Below, one piece after another: positions 26,679 through 32,000 of a DNA stretch of 32,000 nucleotides. Source of the stretch: an uncultured Flavobacteriaceae bacterium. Its GTDB lineage: Bacteria > Bacteroidota > Bacteroidia > Flavobacteriales > Flavobacteriaceae. Position numbers and translations under genes: made by a program. Position 1 is the stretch's first letter. Each line of letters opens with the position of its first letter. The stretch lies in contig CAVRHQ010000011.1 of the NCBI GenBank assembly GCA_963721045.1, positions 464,182 to 496,181 on the forward strand. The letters are read 5' to 3'. The notes under the pieces were generated by a model that saw only the letters and a program-made list of their open reading frames with translations, ran no database searches and had not been told where the DNA came from.

Positions 26679-28007
26679 TTAGTTGTCCCCCGACGGGGGC
26701 CGGCCTGGCCTCCAGCCTGCCACCAGTACCATATAATTCTTTTTGCCCCGCTGGAGCAAAACGTATTTATCATTGATGAGGTCTGACGCATCTACAATAT
26801 AGTCTTCCTGTACTTTCTCCTTGTTGACGGAAATGGAGTTCTGCTTCAATTCGCGCCGGGCTTCCCCTTTCGAAGCCAGAAAGCCGCTTGCTTCCGAAAG
26901 GGCAGAAACGATATCCAGCCCTTTGGCAATTTCACCCCTGGCCACCACCGCCTGGGGTACACCTTCAAATATTTCAAGGAAGGTAGCTTCGTCCAGCTTC
27001 CGCAATTGCTCAGAAGTGGATTTCCCGAACAGGATGTTGCTGGCAGTGATGGCATTCTCCAGGTCTTCTTTCGAATGGACCATACAGGTTATTTCTTCGG
27101 CCAGTTTCCGCTGCAACGTCCTTTTGTGGGGCGACGTCCGATGCTCTTCAACCAGGGCGGTAATTTCATCCCTGCTGAGGAAAGTAAAAATTTTGATATA
27201 ACGCTCAGCATCTTCGTCGGAAGTGTTGAGCCAGTATTGATAGAACATATAAGGCGATGTACGATGGGCATCGAGCCAGACATTCCCCTGTTCGGTCTTT
27301 CCGAATTTTGTCCCATCCGCCTTGGTGATCAGCGGGCAGGTCAGGGCGTAACCTTTCCCGTCTGCAATCCTCCGGATGAGTTCAGTTCCCGTGGTGATGT
27401 TTCCCCATTGATCACTACCGCCCATCTGCAGGGTACAATTATGGTTCTGGTACAGGTACAGAAAATCATACCCCTGCACCAGCTGGTAAGTGAACTCGGT
27501 AAAGGACATGCCTTCCTTGGCATCGGCTGAGAGCCGCTTCCTAACCGACTCTTTGGCCATCATATAGTTTACGGTGATATGCTTGCCCACATCCCGGATA
27601 AAATCCAGGAATCCCATATCCTTCATCCAATCGTAGTTGTTGACCATCACTGCAGCATTCTTGTCCCTGCTATCGAAATCCAGGAACCGGGCCAGTTGTT
27701 GTTTGATCGCTTCCTGGTTCATCCTCAGGGTGGTTTCATCCAGTAAATTCCGTTCCTCGGATTTGCCCGACGGATCCCCGATCATGCCTGTGGCGCCCCC
27801 AATCAGGACATAGGGTTTATGGCCGGCCAATTGGAAATGCCGCAGTAACATAACCCCTACCAAATGGCCTATGTGAAGCGAATCGGCTGTCGGATCAATC
27901 CCCAGGTATGCAGATTGCATACCACTCAGCAAATGCTCTTCGGTCCCGGGCATGGCATCATGCAGCATCCCGCGCCACCCCAATTCCCTGACAAAATTCA
28001 CTGGCAT
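26679..28007 (-). CDS. tyrS: Tyrosine-tRNA ligase
   Basis: 442 aa with the class I HIGH motif (SLHIGHL), the KMSKS-type motif KFGKT, and a C-terminal S4-like domain. Confidence 0.95.
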   Translation of the reverse strand: MPVNFVRELGWRGMLHDAMPGTEEHLLSGMQSAYLGIDPTADSLHIGHLVGVMLLRHFQLAGHKPYVLIGGATGMIGDPSGKSEERNLLDETTLRMNQEAIKQQLARFLDFDSRDKNAAVMVNNYDWMKDMGFLDFIRDVGKHITVNYMMAKESVRKRLSADAKEGMSFTEFTYQLVQGYDFLYLYQNHNCTLQMGGSDQWGNITTGTELIRRIADGKGYALTCPLITKADGTKFGKTEQGNVWLDAHRTSPYMFYQYWLNTSDEDAERYIKIFTFLSRDEITALVEEHRTSPHKRTLQRKLAEEITCMVHSKEDLENAITASNILFGKSTSEQLRKLDEATFLEIFEGVPQAVVARGEIAKGLDIVSALSEASGFLASKGEARRELKQNSISVNKEKVQEDYIVDASDLINDKYVLLQRGKKNYMVLVAGWRPGRPPSGDN

Positions 28008-28033
28008 AAAATCACCGCTTAAGTTGATTGCTG

Positions 28034-28041
28034 CAAATATA
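28034..28041 (-). promoter_or_regulatory. -7 box (TAnnTTTG) for tyrS
   Basis: The minus strand reads tatatttg, 26 nt upstream of the ATG at 28007. Confidence 0.45.
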
Positions 28042-28095
28042 AAAGAAATCCTTTGGCGTCTCCTGTCCTTCGCGAAGATATCCCCGTGAATTGGC

Positions 28096-28103
28096 TACAT
28101 TTG
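28096..28103 (+). promoter_or_regulatory. -7 box (TAnnTTTG) only 4 nt upstream of the SDR gene start, suggesting a possible leaderless transcript
   Basis: tacatttg is at 28096-28103 and the ATG at 28108. Confidence 0.3.
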
Positions 28104-28107
28104 GATC

Positions 28108-29117
28108 ATGATATTGGTCACAGGGGGCACGGGTCTGTTAGGTTCTCACCTATTGTTGAGGCTGGTCCGGGAAGGCGGACCCGTGCGGGCCATTTTCCGG
28201 GACCCCCGATCCACGGAAAAAGTCAGGCAGGTATTTTCATATTATAGTAAAGACCCGGAATCCCTGTTCAAAAGGATCGAGTGGGTAAAGGCTGACCTGA
28301 ACGATTTACAGGCTTTGGAGACGGCCTTCAGGCAGGTGCGGCAGGTATATCATTGCGCCGCCCTGATTTCCTTCGACCCGGCTGACTTTGGGCTGCTTAA
28401 TAAAGTCAATGCCGAAGGCACGGCCAATATCGTCAATCTCTGCATTGATAACCAGGTGGAAAAGCTTTGTTACGCAAGTTCGGTCGCCACGGTTGGCCGT
28501 CCTCCCGAATCGCGTCTTGCCGATGAGGAGGATTTCGGACCGGACCGGTATCCTAATGTGTATGCGTTGAGTAAACAGTCAGCCGAGATGGAAGTCTGGA
28601 GGGGATCGCAGGAAGGGCTGCCCGTCGCCATCGTAAATCCGGGTATCATCCTGGGGCCGGGGTACTGGGATAGCGGAAGCGGGATTGTATTTGGCATGGG
28701 GGCCAAAGGCCGTCCTTTTGCCCCTCCGGGAGGTACCGGGTTCGTAAGTGCGGCGGATGTGGCGCAAATTATGGTTTCCCTGATGCAATCTTCCATACGG
28801 GATGAGCGGTTTATAACGGTGGCCGGGAATATGACCTACCGGGAATTGCTTACGCAGGTCGCAAAGGCATGCGGGTTACCGGGCCCCGGTATACGATCCC
28901 GGGCTGGTTGCTGCAACTGCTCTGGCGTTTGGACTGGCTGCGGTGCCGTCTCGTCGGGAGCAGGCGGAAACTGACCAAAAGTGCGGTAGTATCCCTCCTG
29001 AATCCGGTAGGCTATAACAATCACAAAATCAAAGAAGCGATCGGGTTTAAATTTGAACCCCCCGAAAAGATCCTGGAATTTTGCTGCAGGCTCTGGCTGA
29101 AGGAAAAAGGCAATTAA
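28108..29117 (+). pseudogene. NAD-dependent epimerase/dehydratase (extended SDR) family protein with one frame break
   Basis: It has the Rossmann motif MILVTGGTGLLGSH and the catalytic YxxxK in YALSK. ORF 28108-28974 and ORF 28869-29117 join as ...AKACGLPGP|RYTIPGWLLQLLWRLDW... at the G/C runs 28881-28889. Confidence 0.75.
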
Positions 29118-29533
29118 TTTATAGAATCTTTCCCATCTTCCTGGAGGCGCCTGCTTTCTGCCGCCTCGCGTACGCTGTCATTAACCTCCCTGCGTTTTTT
29201 CTCTAACGTTTCCTTTTCGCGTTCGAGGCGGGAAGAAACCTTCCCGTATATCGCCTCGTAGTCCAGGGGCCTCGAAGCGTAGTAAATATCACTGTTTACG
29301 AATTGGGCACTGTCTATTCCGTATTTCTTGTAGATATAAGGCATCACCTCAATATCGTTGTTATCCAGGACAGATGGGTTGATGCTCCGGGCCGAATTGA
29401 GTATGGCCAGGTCGTACAAAATCTTTGTCATCTTCTCCTTCGGGATCAGATCCTCCGGTTTTTTGATCGTTTCTTCCGCGCATGACAACAGGCCGCAAAA
29501 CAGGAACAGGGCTATCAAAATTTTCATGCTCAT
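29114..29533 (-). CDS. DUF4296-family lipoprotein
   Basis: 139 aa with the lipoprotein signal MSMKILIALFLFCGLLSC. KMTKILYDLAILNSA and the position immediately downstream of dihydroorotase are typical of this Bacteroidota family. Confidence 0.7.
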   Translation of the reverse strand: MSMKILIALFLFCGLLSCAEETIKKPEDLIPKEKMTKILYDLAILNSARSINPSVLDNNDIEVMPYIYKKYGIDSAQFVNSDIYYASRPLDYEAIYGKVSSRLEREKETLEKKRREVNDSVREAAESRRLQEDGKDSIN

Positions 29534-30864
29534 CGGTTAAAGGTTAATCTAGAGGCATTCCGGGTCTCGGAAAACCGGCCATTTTCGTAAGCCAGGTGTC
29601 CGTTAATAAAGGTATGGGTCACAGCGGCCGAAAAAGTTTGCCCTTCAAAGGGAGACCACCCGCATTTGTAGGCTATATTCTCCTTCGTTATCTTCCATGG
29701 CTGCCTGGTATTAACCAGCACAAGATCGGCAAAATATCCTTCCCTGAGATAGCCGCGCTTTTCTACCTGGAATAAAATTGCCGGGTTGTGACACATTTTT
29801 TTTACGATGGTCTGCAATGGGATGCGCCTCTCCTCAGCACATTGCAGGATGGCAGGCAGGGCGTGTTGTACCAGCGGCCCGCCGGAAGGAGCTTCCTTAT
29901 AGGGCCTGTGTTTCTCTTCCAGGGTGTGAGGGGCGTGGTCTGTGGCTATGACGTCCAGGCGGTCATCCAACAGGGCCTCCCAGAGCATTTCCCGGTCTTC
30001 TGCCCGCTTGATGGCCGGATTCCATTTGATCAGCGTGCCTTTCGTCTCATAATCTTCCTGCGTAAACCACAGGTGGTGGATGCATACTTCGGCCGTGACC
30101 TTCTTTTCCTCCAGGGGGATGTCATTCCTGAAGAGCGAGGTTTCCTTGCCTGTGGAAACATGGAAAACATGCAGCCGGGCCCCGGTTTTCTCAGCCAGGG
30201 AAATGGCCCTGGAAGAAGACAGGAAGCAAGCTTCCTCGCTCCGTATTTCCGGGTGGCACCAAATAGGTATATCCTCCCCATATCGCCCGGTATAAAGGGC
30301 CAGGTTCCTTCTGATTGTAGTCTCGTCTTCACAATGGGCCGAAATGACCATCGCAGTATTGTTGAAGATAGCCTCCAGCACACGCTCATCATCCACGAGC
30401 ATATTCCCCGTGGAAGACCCGAGGAACAACTTTACTCCCGAACAGGCGTTTCGATCGAGGCGTTTGAGTTCTTCCAGGTTGTCGTTTGTTCCCCCGAAGA
30501 GGAAGGAATAATTAGCGTAAGAACTGCGGGAGGCCATAGCGAATTTTTCCTCCAGTTTTTCTATGGTCGTGGTCTGTGGGATGGTGTTGGGTTGTTCCAT
30601 ATAGGAGGTGATCCCTCCCGCCAGGGCAGCCCTGCTTTCTGTGGCAATCGTCCCCTTATGGGTTAGGCCGGGTTCCCTGAAATGCACCTGGTCATCTATA
30701 ATTCCCGGCAGGATATGCTTCCCGCCGGCATCAATAACCCGGGCATTATCTTCACTTATATCCCGGTCAATCCGCTCAATATGGTCGCCCCGGATAAGCA
30801 AATCTGCTTCCCGGATGCTCCCTTCATTAACCAGGAGGCCATTTTTTATAATGGTTGATTTCAT
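29530..30864 (-). CDS. pyrC: Dihydroorotase (amidohydrolase superfamily)
   Basis: 444 aa from MKSTIIKNGLLVNEG. The motifs are DDQVHFREPG, GVKLFLGSS, SAHCED, HVFHVST and ATDHAPH. The ORF-track start at 31110 is a spurious extension that overlaps the upstream GT2 gene. Confidence 0.85.
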   Translation of the reverse strand: MKSTIIKNGLLVNEGSIREADLLIRGDHIERIDRDISEDNARVIDAGGKHILPGIIDDQVHFREPGLTHKGTIATESRAALAGGITSYMEQPNTIPQTTTIEKLEEKFAMASRSSYANYSFLFGGTNDNLEELKRLDRNACSGVKLFLGSSTGNMLVDDERVLEAIFNNTAMVISAHCEDETTIRRNLALYTGRYGEDIPIWCHPEIRSEEACFLSSSRAISLAEKTGARLHVFHVSTGKETSLFRNDIPLEEKKVTAEVCIHHLWFTQEDYETKGTLIKWNPAIKRAEDREMLWEALLDDRLDVIATDHAPHTLEEKHRPYKEAPSGGPLVQHALPAILQCAEERRIPLQTIVKKMCHNPAILFQVEKRGYLREGYFADLVLVNTRQPWKITKENIAYKCGWSPFEGQTFSAAVTHTFINGHLAYENGRFSETRNASRLTFNR

Positions 30865-30866
30865 GA

Positions 30867-31595
30867 CTAGAACCCGTTTTTCTTGAACAAACTGTGAATT
30901 TTCATGCTGATGACCCCAAAAACTGCCTCCCAGACAATGGAAGTGCTCATTTTGGATTTCCCCTTTTCCCGATCCGTGAAGATGATGGATATTTCTTCTA
31001 TTCTGAATTTCTTCAGATACGCCCTGTATTTCATCTCGATCTGGAAGGCATACCCAATGAATTTCACGGCATCCAGATCTATGGATTCCAGCACCTTCCG
31101 CCTGTAGCACACAAACCCGGCCGTCGGATCGTGTATCTTCATCCCGGTAATGATTCGCACGTAATAAGATGCCCCGTAGGATAAAAGTATCCTATACAAG
31201 GGCCAGTTCACCACATTGACCCCCTTTTTGTAGCGCGACCCGATAGCCATATCCGCCTTGTTCCTGCAGGCCCTGTATAACCTGAGCAGGTCCGATGGCC
31301 GGTGGGAAAAGTCGGCATCCATTTCAAAAATATAGCCGTATTTCCTGGCGATCGCCCACTTAAACCCATGGATATAGGCCGTGCCCAAACCGGCCTTTTC
31401 TTCCCGGACCTCCAGGAAAAGCAGGCCGGGAAATACCGTTTGCAGATGCCTGACTTTCCGGGCCGTCCCATCAGGCGAATTGTCATCAACGATCAGAACA
31501 TGAAACCCTTTTTCCAGCTCAAATACCGCCCGGATAATGGCCTTAATATTTTCGAATTCGTTATAGGTGGGAATTATGACTAAGCCGTCTGCCAT
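30867..31595 (-). CDS. GT2-family polyprenyl-phosphate mannose (or other sugar) synthase (Dpm1-like)
   Basis: 242 aa with IIPTYNE, IVDDNSPDGT and FEMDADFSH (DxD region), and Dpm1-like overall organisation. Confidence 0.85.
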   Translation of the reverse strand: MADGLVIIPTYNEFENIKAIIRAVFELEKGFHVLIVDDNSPDGTARKVRHLQTVFPGLLFLEVREEKAGLGTAYIHGFKWAIARKYGYIFEMDADFSHRPSDLLRLYRACRNKADMAIGSRYKKGVNVVNWPLYRILLSYGASYYVRIITGMKIHDPTAGFVCYRRKVLESIDLDAVKFIGYAFQIEMKYRAYLKKFRIEEISIIFTDREKGKSKMSTSIVWEAVFGVISMKIHSLFKKNGF

Positions 31596-31614
31596 TGAAT
31601 CGGTGAGATTTCGA

Positions 31615-31622
31615 CAAAAATA
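31615..31622 (-). promoter_or_regulatory. -7 box (TAnnTTTG) for the GT2-pyrC-DUF4296 operon
   Basis: The minus strand reads tatttttg, 19 nt upstream of the ATG at 31595. Confidence 0.45.
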
Positions 31623-31699
31623 CTACTTTCAGGGGTTGGTGGGAAATACCGTTAAATTTTTATCGTTTCTTAAGTGGGCACGGTCCTGCCCATTATTTG

Positions 31700-31707
31700 T
31701 ACTTTTG
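31700..31707 (+). promoter_or_regulatory. -7 box (TAnnTTTG) for the divergent GT39/ArnT-like gene
   Basis: tacttttg lies 19 nt upstream of the ATG at 31727. Confidence 0.45.
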
Positions 31708-31726
31708 GGCTGAAGCAATACGATCG

Positions 31727-32000
31727 ATGACGCTTAAATCAACCCGACTCTTCCTTTTTTTGCTGGCTGCATTGTTCCTGCTCAACCTGCTGCAAAGCCA
31801 TTTTACAGAACTGCTTTTCGACGAGGCATATTACTGGTACTATGCCCGAAATATGGCCTGGGGGTATTTTGATCATCCGCCCATGGTCGCCCTGATGATC
31901 AAGGCCGGCGAACAATTGTTCAGCGGGGAACTGGGCGTCCGGTTCATAAGTTGCATATTGTCTGTCGGGACCCTGGCCATACTCTGGCAACTGATCGACT
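31727..32000 (+). CDS. ArnT/PMT-like (GT39/GT83-type) membrane glycosyltransferase, 5' fragment that continues beyond the window
   Basis: My own translation is MTLKSTRLFLFLLAALFLLNLLQSHFTELLFDEAYYWYYARNMAWGYFDHPPMVALMIKAGEQLF.... The DEAYYW...YFDHPP motif is the first-loop signature of GT-C polyprenyl-phosphate-sugar-dependent transferases. Confidence 0.7.
   Translation, partial: MTLKSTRLFLFLLAALFLLNLLQSHFTELLFDEAYYWYYARNMAWGYFDHPPMVALMIKAGEQLFSGELGVRFISCILSVGTLAILWQLID

Noticed and set aside
30865-31110. 82-codon N-terminal extension of the dihydroorotase ORF (track start 31110)
   Set aside because: The extension overlaps the 3' end of the GT2 gene in another frame and has no amidohydrolase similarity. 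MKSTIIKNG at 30864 is a typical DHOase N-terminus.
1-32000. Scan for CRISPR arrays, tRNA or rRNA genes, IS elements or integrases, long terminal inverted repeats, toxin-antitoxin pairs and known defence-system signatures
   Set aside because: I could find none by eye. There were no regularly spaced direct repeats, no transposase or recombinase-like ORFs and no cloverleaf-like segments in the intergenic regions. A proper search (tRNAscan-SE, Infernal/Rfam, ISfinder, DefenseFinder/PADLOC) would be needed to be definitive.

Overview
This 32 kb window looks like an ordinary chromosomal region from a Bacteroidota genome, probably Flavobacteriia, with roughly 50% GC judged by eye. The lineage call rests on four things: two T9SS C-terminal sorting domains, exact TAnnTTTG (-7) promoter boxes 19-28 nt upstream of many start codons, the DUF4296-dihydroorotase gene pair, and Gln at +1 after predicted signal peptides. 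About 35 genes are densely packed.

The content is housekeeping mixed with accessory genes:
- Housekeeping: tyrS, trmB, pyrC and an Fe-S/electron-transfer cluster (Mrp, NifU-like, FNR, 2Fe-2S ferredoxin).
- Transport and envelope: an MsbA-like ABC exporter, TonB, an SPFH/stomatin protein, MscS and a LysE-family exporter.
- Regulation: an OmpR/PhoR-type two-component pair and an AraC regulator.
- Metabolism: a GntP permease, RidA and DSD1-type PLP enzyme operon.
- Glycosylation: a GT2/GT39 polyprenyl-phosphate-sugar pair.

I found no rRNA, tRNA, CRISPR array, transposase, integrase or recognisable defence system.

The most notable observations are:
1. At least 14 reading-frame breaks are confined to six genes (GAF sensor, a secreted protein, penicillin-acylase family, LuxE-like, ankyrin-repeat, SDR epimerase). 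The other ~21 kb of coding sequence is intact.
2. Two tandem paralogous mini-proteins consist of only a signal peptide plus a T9SS C-terminal domain. A perfect 26-bp palindrome lies between them.
3. An SRAP/YedK-like protein lacks Cys2, the Glu and the His.
4. An unannotated minus-strand ORF with tandem hairpins sits in a 500-bp gap.

I do not see convincing evidence for a large new multi-gene system. The T9SS-CTD-only locus is the best candidate for unexplored biology.
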